From Euprymna scolopes (Eukaryota), in NCBI GenBank assembly GCA_053919585.1, contig CM132805.1: 64,000 bases of DNA, one strand, 5' to 3'. The notes beneath the pieces were generated by a model. The model ran no database searches, was not told where the DNA came from, and saw only the letters and a program-made list of their open reading frames with translations. The translations under genes and the position numbers were made by a program. Below are positions 26,400 through 39,732 of the stretch, piece by piece; position 1 is the stretch's first letter, and every line of letters begins with the position of its first letter.

Positions 26400-29300
26400 G
26401 GCATAATCCACTAGTCAACCTTTTAACTGTCGGTTTGCTCATATTCACCCGTTTTCATCCATTACACACCCTTTTATTTTCTCTCTCTCTTCCACACACC
26501 ACCACAATTATCATTATAACAATCAACACCGTTCCTGTCTCTGATATATCCCCAATAAGCATTACTGTTGGAGCGACGGTTGGGGTTCTTTCTTGAGCAA
26601 GTGCCTCAGTCGAAATTGTAATTCTTCCAATTTTACAGCTTCCACCCCTTCCAGTAAGGCAGATAATTTTCGTTTCGATTTCGTAAAAAGATTTCTTACT
26701 ATATGATTCCAAAGAACGGAGAGATTACTCAAGTTGGCGTTCATCAATCCAATATCACAACAAATCTGTCTTCTGATTGATACCAGGAGGGCAAGGCAAT
26801 GACTTTCCCAAAGGCTCCACACGCTTTTTTGTAAATTCTGCTATTGTCTAAAGAGAGTTTATCCTTCTGCTACCAGTAGGTTTATCTTCGCATACCTTGG
26901 ACAGTTGTAACTCCTTCTGGGTAGTAATTTGCCCAGGCGCCATCTGATATTCGCGCTGCCATAGGTAGCCACCTGGTCGTGACCATCTCTATCTAGTATA
27001 ACCCAACGACCCCCTCTTTATTTCCTTGGAACAATTTTAGTACGCACCTGCGGTCACCTGTCACATTGGACTTCCTAAAAAACAGACTCCCAGGATGCTA
27101 AACCGGTATTTATCAGCATCCTGCTCGGTGAGTAGCATAAACCTGTCTCGGGCCATGTTAAAGGCCAGATATTCGGTCTCAGCTTTATAATGTGCAATCA
27201 CCTCGAAGTTCAGTTTAACTTGCGGGTAGGGAATTGGCAAAATCATGAGCTGGTAAACCTCGTACTGACTATTCCGACAGGGGTCCTGACACAATTACAA
27301 ACACTTTCTTCCCTTTCAACAGGGTACCACACCCTAAGGTATTGTAATTCTTCCGCGGCTTTTACTCCGTATTTACCGGGAATCAAAGACGAGATATTAA
27401 CTTCCGCTGTATATCTATGAGTACTTCCTTCAACGCCTCTGGGTTTATTACACCGAAAGCCAACTATGCCTAGGGCCAACACATCTAACCACACACTTAC
27501 ATGCTCAGTCAAAATGATAAGAAAATGTACAGTCTGGTATAACTGCCTTAACATATTAATAACTGAAAATATCTCGGTAAAAATATTTCTCTCCTGTTTA
27601 TTTCTAACTGTACTCTTTTTGTTATATTTATCAATTCTTTTTGAAACACTCGCAACCGGTTAATCGTTCAGTTTATGCCATCCAAGTTTTCAGTTACATT
27701 TCTCATGATATTCAAAATAAGAACCCAATCATCTGAGCTAATATCTACTGTCCCCTCTCCACTCTTCGTAGTCTTTCTCTGATCAGTTCCACATCTACTT
27801 CGGCGATCACACCAAATAACATCCCCGAAGACCTTACCTACTATAGGTAACCCTGCTCTTTTAGGCTTTGGCCTTAGCCAATCTAGCTATCTCAAATATG
27901 GCGCTATATTCTTCCAATGAGATTTTAATAATCTGGCTTCGGTCTCGAGGGCAATCAATATTCGAGAGTACTCTTCTACCCTCTATATTCGTTAGATATC
28001 TGCTGCTGCGCCTCCTCAAAATTATCATTACATTGCTGGATTTCTTAAAGATCGTACATTTCCCGATTCTCATCGCCTCTAACATCCACCACAGCTCTAA
28101 TTGCCCTCCACAACACCGTATCTGCAACGACACGGAAGTGGTTCCTCATTTTACTCTCCGTTTCATAAGCTTCTTAATCCTTCTGTTCTATTTAATTTTA
28201 CCTTCTTCCCAAGGTAGGTAGTTTCAATGCTTAAAAGTTCCCTTTATCCTTTTAAAATGTCTTCTTTTTCAAACTTTCGTTTTAAAATAATACTGTGACT
28301 ACTTTCACGCTGCTTGAGCGCTAGAAAGGACATTCTAAAGAAGTTTAAAGTCTTAAAATTTACTTTTACCTAATATAGTATTTCACTCCCTTATAAGCTT
28401 CTTTCTTATTAAGATTATTAATTTTACCCATTTTTGGCGAGAGGCAGCTCTGGCCCACACCACCGCCACCAACAGTACGGACACATAGAGACCCTCTATG
28501 CGCACGCGTCGCCGACAACAGGGCAGCATATGTCCGGCTCCTACACTCGTCTCCTACTTCTCTCTTACTCAAACATCACTCCTAACTCCGTACACTTCTT
28601 TCATCAGATATTCCTGGGTCCGGCAACAGATCTTCTCTGCCTAACACCTGTTTTGCTTCTAGATCAGCTTACGGGGTCTTAGCCACATTTCCGTGATCAT
28701 CTCTTCATTCTTCCTCTGTTCAACACCCAAGTCTTCATTTAACAAGGGTCGCCCTGCCTCTTATTTCTTGAGCGACTCTGTCTCGTTTCCTGAGACCTCA
28801 CCACCGGACGAGCTGCTGGATACCTTATGATTCATTTTTTCAATCTCAATCTCAGATCTGAAGCGTCTGTACACAACCTAGTCTGGTGACCACATCGTCA
28901 ACACTTCTGACAGTTCGATCCTACATTTCAGGGGTTTCCCCTTCATCGGGTCGGACAATCCCTCGCCCAATGTTCCTTATGATGGCAAGTGAAACAGACT
29001 GGTCCCAGTTAACCTGGGACGGGCTTATAGAATCCATATCGAAGGACTCACGCCTCTCTTCCGAGGTCAACTTCTTTCTCCCAGTTCTCCTACAGATTCT
29101 CCTTACAACGGGGCGTTACTCCAGAGCCCAGTTTGAATTTTAATCCCCCCTCATCTTTTGCCCTTCATCGGCGGTAGCTCCTAGCACCAGGGACTCCCTT
29201 ATACGGCCCTACATAGCGTACTCGCTTTAGCCAAGTACAGAGCTTGCCTTAATGTTATCGGGTTTCCTTTCAAGACCTCTACCCAATGTCGCAGTCAGAG

Positions 29301-30067
29301 AGGACCTCAATACAACCATTAATGACGCCCTCGTCCTGATCGGCACTCCCGGAAAAGCACGTTCAACCAATCCTGCAATTCGTTCCCCTAACTTCACAAT
29401 TTATTCTACCTCTCTTTGTCTTGACTGGAACTCCTTACTGCGTCAATCGCGGTACACTCTTTGGCTAATGCTGACTCCAGGCTAACCCAAGACAAGTCTG
29501 GGTCTTCCTGATACTTTTTCCCTATAAATTAGAAAACAGGTTCCTTCGCAACCTCATAGGTAAACAGGATCATTTCTGGACCTTATAGCCATCTGATGTT
29601 TGTATCGTCTACAGCCAGTTGTTAAATTCACTCGTATTTCCCTCGAAACTGGAGAGGGTTACACTTCCCAACAGCGTCCAAAACCCCCAGATACTCTCGG
29701 AGCTCTCACGCCTTCATCTATTCGCGTGCCATCTTTCTTTTTGTTGATACAACTGAGTCAGTTTCATTCATATTCTCTTTAAATATGTTTGTCTTTCCTA
29801 TTTTTTGTTCTTAACACACCCATCATCAGCCACTACTCACACAACCAACCAAGCATGACAAGGACTCCCGCCGACAAACCGACAATTCAAAAGGTTCACT
29901 AAGATAAAAGGCTACTTACCTAATTCCTCGGCACGTAGTCGACTCTTCGAATTCAAAAACTAATTATAAAGTGGTGACCCCTAGAGTCGAATCCTGGATC
30001 AACGGCACCAAATATAAACTTTTCTGGAAGTCACACCCACAAGGACTGCTCCAATCAGTCACAGAGT

Positions 30068-30134
<67 letters not shown>

Positions 30135-30446
30135 TCGGGTACGCGTTGCAACCTTTATGACCTCTTGCAGTCACACGTCGTTGAGTCTAATAAGACCCAA
30201 AGTCCTTACAGCCTGCTAATTCCAGTTGATGATACTCTTTATGGCTAGCATGATCGCTCATCCATGTTGCGTTGGTACCGCGTCTCAAGGGTCGCTTATC
30301 CACGTTGTCGATTATGCGCGCCTCTGCTGTATAATGGATCGCTTATCCACGTTGCAGGTTGCTGCTGTTCAAAGTTTACTATGGAAGAAACTTGATGAAA
30401 CGAACATTCCAAAGAAAATAATAAGTCAATAAACCTGTCTGTATCA

Positions 30447-30450
<4 letters not shown>
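26400..30450 (-). mobile_element. Degenerate Gypsy-like LTR element: tRNA-His PBS, gag-like and env-like remnants, no recognisable pol
   Basis: PBS tggtgccgttgatccaggattcga (29987-30010); gag-like W..LE..L...Q..E.I..LGERIAGLVERAFP near 29300-29520; env-like YQLMILPIPYP...AHYKAETEYLAFN...VC and hydrophobic VLIVIMIIVVVC near 26500. Confidence 0.65.
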
Positions 30451-30525
<75 letters not shown>

Positions 30526-30534
30526 CATACACAC

Positions 30535-30711
30535 TTCATTTAATCACATAAATTAATATACGAAAGTATAAATTTATGCGTAAACCTTAAGTATTTACTT
30601 CAACAGTGCTCAATGCGTAGGTAGAGCTAGGTAGTAAGTTATAAAATATATATGGCGATTAAGCTACACAGAATATTCCGCGTTTCATCCACGCTAGGAT
30701 TCATCAGGCTT
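30535..30711 (-). mobile_element. Hammerhead-bearing repeat, copy 1
   Basis: About 180 bp shared with 32462-32690 and 35216-35450; abuts (TA)n. Confidence 0.85.
30661..30711 (-). ncRNA. Type I hammerhead ribozyme
   Basis: aagc-CTGATGA-atcc tagcgt ggat-GAAA-cgcggaat attctgtg-TA-gctt; all three stems can form; GUA site. Confidence 0.85.
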
Positions 30712-31728
30712 ACGCGAGAATTACGCACCTTCTATTGAGTTTTTAGTTAGCCAATCAGCTTTCTAGTTTCCACCGCACCCTTCCTAATCAGTCAATGTTA
30801 AAAAAGCAAAAGTCAGCCCGTGTAGCCAACCCAAGCGACATGTTGTCAACGCCACCATTAGCACCCTCCTGTGCGCTTACTCGAAGACAAAACAAGATTT
30901 TTTTGTTTAGCTTTCAAGAATTGTTAGCAAAATATGTGAATGTTTTGTAAACGTTTATACAGTTTATATGTTAATTTTTTTTTCAAGAAAGGCTACAATA
31001 TGTTTATTTTTAGTTTTTATGTTTTTATTATTTTGCTTCAAGAAAAGTTGTTATATTTCTTTTTTTTTAAACTAAATAAAAAATTTAGTTTTTTTCCTTG
31101 CATACAAAATGCAAACACAACAAATTAAAACATAACAAAAAAAAAAAACTACCTTTAGTTTAATCATTATCTTAATGATTTTTTTTAACTTTCAGGAATT
31201 GCTACCGAAATATGTGAATGTTTTCTTAAAAGTTTATACTGTTTATGTTTTATTGTAAATTATTTTTCAAGCTAAATGATTTGTAAAATAAAAAGTAAAA
31301 ATACTTCATACTTAAATACTTTTACTTTTTCGACTTTTTTCTTATGTTTAAATATTTGATCAGCACTCGGCTTGTTCCAGCGGTTCTCGTCAACTGCCGG
31401 CCGAGCCAACGTTACGAAAATACGGGTACCCCCCCCAAAAAAAAAAAACCCATATCAGTACAGCATTTTCTTTTTTATAGACAAACATATTTTTTCAATA
31501 AGAAAATATAAAATTGCTAACATTTTGAAAATATTTTAATTCCATATCACATTGGGTGTATCGTCTTCCTTCAATATAAGTGAACAAAACAAAAATAATA
31601 CACATATTAAAATACAAAAAAATTAATAAAACAGCAACACAACGACTTATGCTTGTTTTATTCAGCGTTCAAAAGGATTTGATTAAATATGAGTCACACT
31701 AAGTAGTTGAAGTTTCAAAACAACTTAC

Positions 31729-31836
31729 GTTGGCATCTTAGTCCAGTGTAACCTCGTCGACAATAGCATTTGTATGTGCGTCCATATGGTCTGCATATTC
31801 CACCATTTAAACACCTGGCAAACTTGCAAACAGTAT
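31729..31836 (-). CDS. EGF-repeat gene, exon C (TVCKFARCLNGGICRPYGRTYKCYCRRGYTGLRCQ)
   Basis: 108 nt, cag acceptor, gtaagt donor; not in ORF track; translated by hand. Confidence 0.93.
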
Positions 31837-32397
31837 CTGAACGAAATGAACAACATTGTTTTTTGAAAAGTCATACTTATAATGCAAAGTCGCAAACTAT
31901 ATATATATATATATTATATTATCAAAGAATATATCTTTAACAAAGCAAAACTTATCAAAATAAGAATAGCTCAACAATATTAAGGGGAGCAAATGTATAT
32001 ATTAAATTAAAGATGAGGAATAAAAGTTATGGATAACATTACTACATCATCATAAAATAAGGTAACTTAAAAGGGGAAAATTAAGAAAAAAGAAAAGAAG
32101 TCATGGCATTTCGACGCTAAATGCTTCTCACCGCGAGTGGAGAATGGCCAGATTATACAAAATGATATTACAGATAAAAACTGAGTTTAAGATATGAAAT
32201 GAGAATGAATGAATAGGATAATATGAAAAATATAATTAAGAAATATTAAAAGTAGGTACACTGGCCATTCTTCTAAGAAACATTTAGATTCGAAATGCCA
32301 TGACTTAAAGATGTTTCTTTTTTTCTTAATTTTCGCTTTTTAATTTTCCTTATTGTTCTGATGAGATGTTATATGTAACTTTTATACCTTATTTATC

Positions 32398-32459
<62 letters not shown>

Positions 32460-32461
32460 CG

Positions 32462-32684
32462 TCATTTACTCACATAAAATTAATATATGAAAGTATAAAT
32501 TCATGCGTAAACTTTAAGTATTTACTTCAAAAGTGCTCAATACATAGGTAGGGGTAGTTAGTAAGTTATAAAATATATATGGGATTAAGCTACACTGAAT
32601 ATTCCGCGTTTCATCCACTCTAGGACTCTTCAGGCTGAAGAGTCCTAGAGTGGATGAAACGCGGAATATCAGTGTAGCTTAATC

Positions 32685-32692
<8 letters not shown>
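32462..32692. mobile_element. Hammerhead-bearing repeat, copy 2, folded back at 32634 (two CTGAAGA-core hammerheads back to back)
   Basis: agc-CTGAAGA-gtcc tagagt ggat-GAAA-cgcggaatattcagtg-TA-gct on - strand (32588-32636), mirrored on +. Confidence 0.82.
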
Positions 32693-32751
<59 letters not shown>

Positions 32752-32754
<3 letters not shown>

Positions 32755-35082
32755 TGTTGGACCGATTAATCGGAATCCGGAATCGAAAAAATCGGTAGTT
32801 TTCGGGGTATCGGAATCGGTATTGGAATCGGAAAAATTTGTGCCTAATTTCCGATTCCAAAACCGATTCTTTTAATATTTTATTATGTTAATTTTTCATT
32901 GCTGATACCGTTGATAAATATTTATTACTTTTAAACTATTAGTAAAACTAACCTCTATCGATCATGATAACATTAAAAGAAGATCTAAATTTATTTTATC
33001 TGCATAAAATAAACAAAATAAAACTTGAAACTTTGCGAAAATTCGCTAGATAACCTTTAGAAGAATGCAGTTTATTTTTAAGGTATTGAAAAAATTTTTT
33101 AAATTTAAAGAAATATTTTATCAAGAAAAATAATATCAAACATTATTGCTAATTAAATCAAAAGTAGAATATAATAGTGTTGGATTTTGTCCGGTTAGGT
33201 TTTGGTTCGCTCCCTTACTCGGCATTGGCAAATATGAGAAGGAATGGCGAAAAAAAAGCAATTAATTTTGTTTTATATTTTTGTAGGGAAATCGCTTTCA
33301 ACTTTCATTTCATTTTTTTTATTGGTTTAAGTGAATGTTTTAGAGGTCACTTGTCCATCCCCTTATCAAACGGTTTAAAACGGTCAAGTATTTTTTTCGC
33401 ACCTAGTTGCCAAATGTTTACAGGCCGCTTCCCAGGGAGTTCACAGTTTAATGTTAGAAGATTTCAAACGGCTGGGCGAGTTTTATTTTATTTTCTTGGA
33501 GCCACTTTGTCTGACACCGTCTGTTTTTTATGGTATCATTCTCGGGGTTTCGCAAACGTTAAAAATATACTACTTCAGTTGAAGTTCTCAGAAATCAAGG
33601 GGCCCACGACCTGGGGCTAACACTTGAACTCTATATGAGATGCATAGATATTCGAATGTTCCACTTAAGTTCTTTATTTCTCAAACACTGAGTTAGTAAA
33701 GAAAGTGAGAACAGAATTTTTCTCTCCCCAATTAACCATTTTCATACGTTTTAGTTAATCTTTTATTTTGGTCTCTTTGTCTTATTGAATTCCAGGACAA
33801 GAATTTATCTAGTCTGGTGGAGTATCCAGCTTCGTGCTATTACCTGAGGTAACATCACTTGGAGAAGGTGCACCATTCCTCGTAAAAACTAATCTAGGTT
33901 AGCCATAGCGAGAAGATCTTATTTGGGCAGCAAATACTATGTGATTTTGAATATTTGGTCAGGGTTTACTTCTTTGGAAAAAGTATCCTCATGCCAGATT
34001 GTTCTGACAAACCCCTGTACAGAGAGACCTTAAACACTCGAGGACTGTGTCTAGTAGGCATTCAAGTTCTCTCATGAATGTATCGCAATGAATTTATCAA
34101 AGTCTGGATAAAATAGATAAAGAGAAAACATTTAGAAATTTTTCAAATTCAAAAAGAAATTATATCTACATTTAAAAGTACTCTCCACCACACCCGCATT
34201 GAAATTCTACTTTTGAGCGATATTTGTGAACCCACTAAAAATAAAATTATTTTAGAATTTAGGATGGAGAGTTAGTAGCCCATATAAATTTCGGGCAATT
34301 ATTAAATAAATATCGATTGAAAATAGCTTGTTGTTCAAGAGTCTTTTTAAAAGCCCCCCCCCCAATATATTAAGAAGAAAATTTAAATGTGAAGGGTTCT
34401 TTAAAACCAAATAAAATTGATGTCTATAAGTTATGAACATGCTTTGTATTACTGTTTACATATTGAGTGTTTCTATTTACTTGCCCCCCCCTCCAAGAAA
34501 GTACAGTTAGACAAAAGTCGTTTTTAAATATGGGGAATATCCAGCTCCCAAAAGGGGCACTTTAACATTGCCTCGGTTATTTCTCCTTCATTGAACGAAA
34601 CGAGGTAAAGTGTAGCATCAGAACAGATACTAAACTTTGTTAATGTTTCGGTTGATGTGACTTCGAACCAAAATTCTGTAGAGATTCTCGATTTCAACCG
34701 AATTTTTTTTTTCTTATTTTGCCTACCAATCTTCGAATATTTTCAACTATTTAACTATTTATGTAAGTAGCATGTTATACAGTAAATACGAACTGATACA
34801 ATATAGCTTTGTTTTAAAATCAAAATAAATGTTTTGTTGTCTTATAATTTTTAATCAATTACAGAGCAAACATTTGAGAAAAAATATACGCGGACATTAC
34901 CCAGGGGTTTATGTAATAATTTGAAAATTTACGGTAGAAACAAAAAAAAAAAAAAGAAATCAAAACAAAACAAATCTCTAATTAAATATGTATAAATTTT
35001 AAAAGAATCGGAATCGGAAATCGAATCGGAATCGGAAATTTTGAAAGGAATCGGTAATTGTATCAGAATCAGGAAAATTTTT
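32752..35082. mobile_element. hAT-like non-autonomous element with AATCGG subterminal repeats (right end in gap; interior probably composite)
   Basis: tagtgttggaccgattaatcgg start; clusters of gaatcgg at 32770-32870 and 35005-35075. Confidence 0.55.
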
Positions 35083-35215
35083 NNNNNNNNNNNNNNNNNN
35101 NNNNNNNNNNNNNNNNNNNNNNNNNNNNNNNNNNNNNNNNNNNNNNNNNNNNNNNNNNNNNNNNNNNNNNNNNNNNNNNNNNNNNNNNNNNNNNNNNNNN
35201 NNNNNNNNNNNNNNN

Positions 35216-35445
35216 ATTAATATACGAAAGTATAAATTTATTTATGCGTACACTTTAAGTATTTGTTCAAAAGTGCTCAATACGTAGGTAGAGCTAGTTA
35301 GTAATTTATAAAATATATATGGCGATTAAGCTACACTGAATATTATGCGTTTCATTCACTCTAGGACTCTTCAGGCTGAAGAGTCCTAGAGTAGATAAAA
35401 CGCGGAATATTCAGTGTAGCTTAATCGCCATATATATTTTATAAT

Positions 35446-35450
<5 letters not shown>
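35216..35450. mobile_element. Hammerhead-bearing repeat, copy 3, folded back at 35375
   Basis: Same sequence and same fold-back point as copy 2; point mutations in cores and stems. Confidence 0.8.
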
Positions 35451-35501
<51 letters not shown>

Positions 35502-36929
35502 GTAGAGTGCTTGAGGCATGGCTGATAAACAAAGATATAAGTGCATAAAAAGGCTATTAGCAATGTAGAATACCGATGTGTTGAAGTGATGTGACGTATA
35601 AAAAAAAAACAGACAAACGAACGAAGATTCAGAATCTTTGTACATCTATTTATTTTACAAAATCATTCATCTACCAAAAATAGTAAATATGGACATACTG
35701 TTTTATACAACCAAGATGGTAAATGTCTTTGATAATTTGGAGAAAATATTCCTCTTTTTACAAAAACAAAAAGAAAAGGCCAAAATAATGTCGTAAAAAT
35801 CGACCAGGAATACGATATCAGGCCATTCCTGTTCCGGTTTTTACCACATTCTTATGGTATGTATATAACTCGCTTATTATTTGGCAAAACAATATATTCA
35901 ATATCGAATATATCAACAGAAAAAAAAAAAAAAACATGAAGAAACTTTTAAAAAATTCTATCCAGTATGTTCTTTATTTGTAAAACCCGTTTTATTTGTT
36001 ACTTATGTCTGAACGCTTTTAAAATGTCTATTGATCAGGACGTCATATAAAGTAAACCAGCCCCGCGTTGGTGTGTTATGTACGTATCATAAATCTACTT
36101 TGGCATGGTATTTACACTTTCTTAAGTCGACCAAAACAGAATGATGTTGCTTTGTTGAATGTAAATAGAAAGTTGAGCCACACTTTTAAATCTTACAGAC
36201 ATATATTTCTAATTACAATCGCTTCACGCCAGAGTTTATAAAACAATGTTTTTTTTTGCTATAAATATCATTTGGTAACAAGTGACGATTGAGGTGAGAG
36301 TGTGTGCGGATAGGACACTTTGTGTGCTTTTAGGCGACGCAAAAAATGTCTTCACTGTTCGGTCGTTCGACTCTTTCCTCGTTCTCTAGGGATGTGTATG
36401 TTTTTGTGTAAAGTCACCAACATTTTATGCACCATCAGCCACGTCATCATTTTGTGTCTACGTATTTTTTACGGAAGCCGCTAAGTTGCTTTAATTTGAT
36501 CAGGGAAGCAGCGTTTTTGTTATGGTTTATGTTGGTTTTATTAATTAGAAGCCTTTACATATTTTTGAAAATAGGCGTCAAAATCATATTGATCGATCTA
36601 GAAATAAACATCTTTTAACAATTAATATGATTTCAAGTTGTAGTTAAATTTGCTTTTCTTTTTTTATAATTGCCAATAGTCATTTTTTTATATCATATGG
36701 CTATTTTTTTTTAAATTTAAAAATCTAACTAAAAAATCTATGTTTAAAACTTCATATCGCGGAATGTTAGAATTTTATTCTATATACATCTTTTAAAAAT
36801 TAATTATTTTTTGGATTTGGTTTTTGTTGTAATTTAACTAATTATTAGTGAGAAAAAACGTTGTTTTTTAACATAATTATATTGAGTTTATGTCCATTTT
36901 TATTTACAACTTCAAGTAAATGTTGTAAT

Positions 36930-36995
<66 letters not shown>

Positions 36996-38029
36996 TTTAA
37001 ACACTTCAGCTATATAAAATGTTGCAAGTTTTATGGACCTAAATTTATTTTGTTTAGTTTTTGTAACATGAAATATGGGGAGGTAGAACACCTAAAAATA
37101 TTTCCCTTCATATATTTAACTAAACCTACTTTTATTAATTAAGTTAAATTAAAAATGAATGAGTATCGCAAAATTGATGAAAATCTTGATTTTTGCTAGA
37201 TTTTTTTTTAAACTTGGGTATGTTTACGGCTTCAAAATGATCACTACATGGGAACGTTTTTTAAGGCGTCGATAATGTAATTATGATTTTAGTTTCACAT
37301 CTTCATTATTTTCGTATGCTGTAAATTTTTTTTTAGAAACATTAGCAGTGTATTTGAAGCTTTTTCTTTTAAATGGTGCAAAAGTTAGGATGACAATATT
37401 AACTTAAATTACAGTTAAATGATGTTACATACAGGGGGCTAAATCTGTGGCGCGCATTAGAGGTATCTTCTGTCTATCTCACTGTATTGCTGTTATATCG
37501 ATATTATTATTAATCGAGATGTTTATTGTTTTTTTTTTAAATTCCAATCCAGGTTAGAATGTGGAACGTCCGATATTTTTAGATCATTTTCCATGACCCC
37601 AAATCTTCGATCGGAACGTAGGATTGACGCCATCGCTCAGCAATCGGCGCTATCTTTGGCATTGAGTGTATGCACCATCTGGTATTTTACGACGTCGCCC
37701 GTCACAATAAGAGCAAGGAAAACACATTTAAAAAATTAGTTTCGAAAAAGAACCTGGAATCCTAACACCTAAAATTTACCTGATCATCCAAATAAAAGTA
37801 CGCATGCAACACTTAAACCAATTATTTAAAGTTGCTGCAGACTCAATAATGAATTCCGGAAAAAATAAATTGGTTTGCATTAACATAAGTTAATGCAAAC
37901 CAATTTATTTTTTCCGTAAATCACTAGCAAAATTTGAGTGACCGCAACACTAAAGAACATACAATAAAAAAATCATAGATTGGCGTAAAGATTTGTGTAT
38001 TGAAAAATGTAGGAGACGTATGTAGATAA

Positions 38030-38339
38030 AAATCAATACCGTACGTCTCCTCGTAGATATCAGCTAAAGTGGCACACGAACGGTGCAGATACCTTTTCCG
38101 TTGTAGATATAAACTCAAAGTAGAAACCATACGGTGTATATATCGTTATGTGTTTTATCCTTGTAGATACCAAACCGGAGTAGCACCCATACATGTAGAT
38201 ATTTTTACTTGTAGATATCAAACCAAAGTAGCACCTCTACTGTGTAGGTATTATTTCCTTTCATATACTAAGCAAAAGTAGCACTCGTACAACGTAGAAA
38301 TTTTGGTTGTAGATATCAAACTGAAGTAGCACCCGTACG

Positions 38340-38345
<6 letters not shown>
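38030..38345. repeat. Degenerate tandem repeat (tgtagatatcaaaccaaagtagcacccgtacggtgtaga)
   Basis: 5-6 diverged units. Confidence 0.7.
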
Positions 38346-38411
<66 letters not shown>

Positions 38412-38573
38412 CTTGTTTATGACAAACCGAAGCAGCATAATGTAAACCAAAATAGTTTTGTATATTTATTCAAATCATAAATCAATATGTGAAATTGGTT
38501 CATCAATAATTTTAAATGCGTTATTATGGTCGATAACATATTTTTTTTTACTTTAACTTTTCTCTTGTAGGCA

Positions 38574-38882
38574 TGTAACGTAACACAAGTTTACACACGT
38601 GTTAACATGTAAATGCTGCAAGGAGACAACAGACAAGAAAAACATTCGACTCCTTTTTTCCAGTTTAATTACATATTTTATTCATGGGTACTTTTCTATC
38701 CGATCACGTTTAGCACGCGTCTTTTCCTGTCGCTCTCGGCCCACGCGTGTGTCATATGTCTATCTCTATTCTTCTCTCTCGCGTTCTTCTTTTTATAATC
38801 TTTTTCTTTGTCGTGACGTAATCTCGCACACGGCTCGATCATTTGTATGCAGCTATCATATGCGCGTTCGCCCTCTGTTACA
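38574..38882. mobile_element. Candidate solo LTR (309 bp)
   Basis: TGTAAC...GTTACA termini; flanks ggca/ggta (imperfect 4-bp TSD). Confidence 0.5.
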
Positions 38883-39113
38883 GGTAGGCAAATGGCGTCC
38901 GATGTTGTCGCGATGGTAATTTCATTGGCATCATTGCACTGAAATATTTTTAATTAGGCGGACAAAGAAATTAGGGATTACTAGGGATTTGCATTTATTG
39001 CAAAATTGAGTGCAAATGTAACCACATTCAACTATGAATTTATCCTATAGTACTCATTCTAAGTCAAACGGCTATAATTTTCGCACCTTTTTAACAGGCT
39101 AAAAGGTCTACTT

Positions 39114-39477
39114 CGAGGCGCGTTTCAAAACAATGCCTCTTATTTTAATCCACCTGAATGATTAAGAGGGGACTTTAAATTGCATTTTTATGATGACTGA
39201 ACCTATGCATTCATGACGTGAAAGTTTCATCTCTCTGTTGCAGATATTCACGGCATGTGACTCAAAGGAATCAACCCCTGTCATGGGCGTGCGTCAGAAA
39301 CAGCGATATGCCATTGAATTCCTAGCAAAAGTATATGTAGAACAGTGATGACTATGTAGAAAAATAAATTCTGAAGCACAAATGTTGCTCGTTTTTATGG
39401 CACCACTCCTGTTTTTGTAGCTCTTCAACTTTTTTCAGTCAACAAGATAGGATGCTTTACTTTTGGAACGACCCTCG
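39114..39477 (+). mobile_element. Internally deleted mariner (MITE-like)
   Basis: Imperfect TIRs cgaggcgcgtttcaaaac / ttttggaacgaccctcg; MGVRQKQRYAIEFL mariner-like N-terminus. Confidence 0.65.
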
Positions 39478-39732
39478 TTGTTTATTATTTTTGTTAAAAA
39501 ATCTAATTATGTATTGAAAGGCGACATTAATAGAAAAATGCGAAAATTTGTTTTTATCGGTGCTGTAAGCAGCAATCTGTGTACCTATTTATAATGCCTC
39601 CCCACAGGACAGAGTTAGACACCAGGGTCGTTTTTTAACGTGGAGAAAAGGTACAAAAATAAAAATTGTCTCAGTCGTGAAGAATTTCTCCTCCACTGAA
39701 AGAGAACGAGAAATGGAAGTGCCGCATCTGAA

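Noticed and set aside
36030-36450. Possible piggyBac C-terminal remnant
   Set aside because: Too decayed to confirm motifs or TTAA ends by eye
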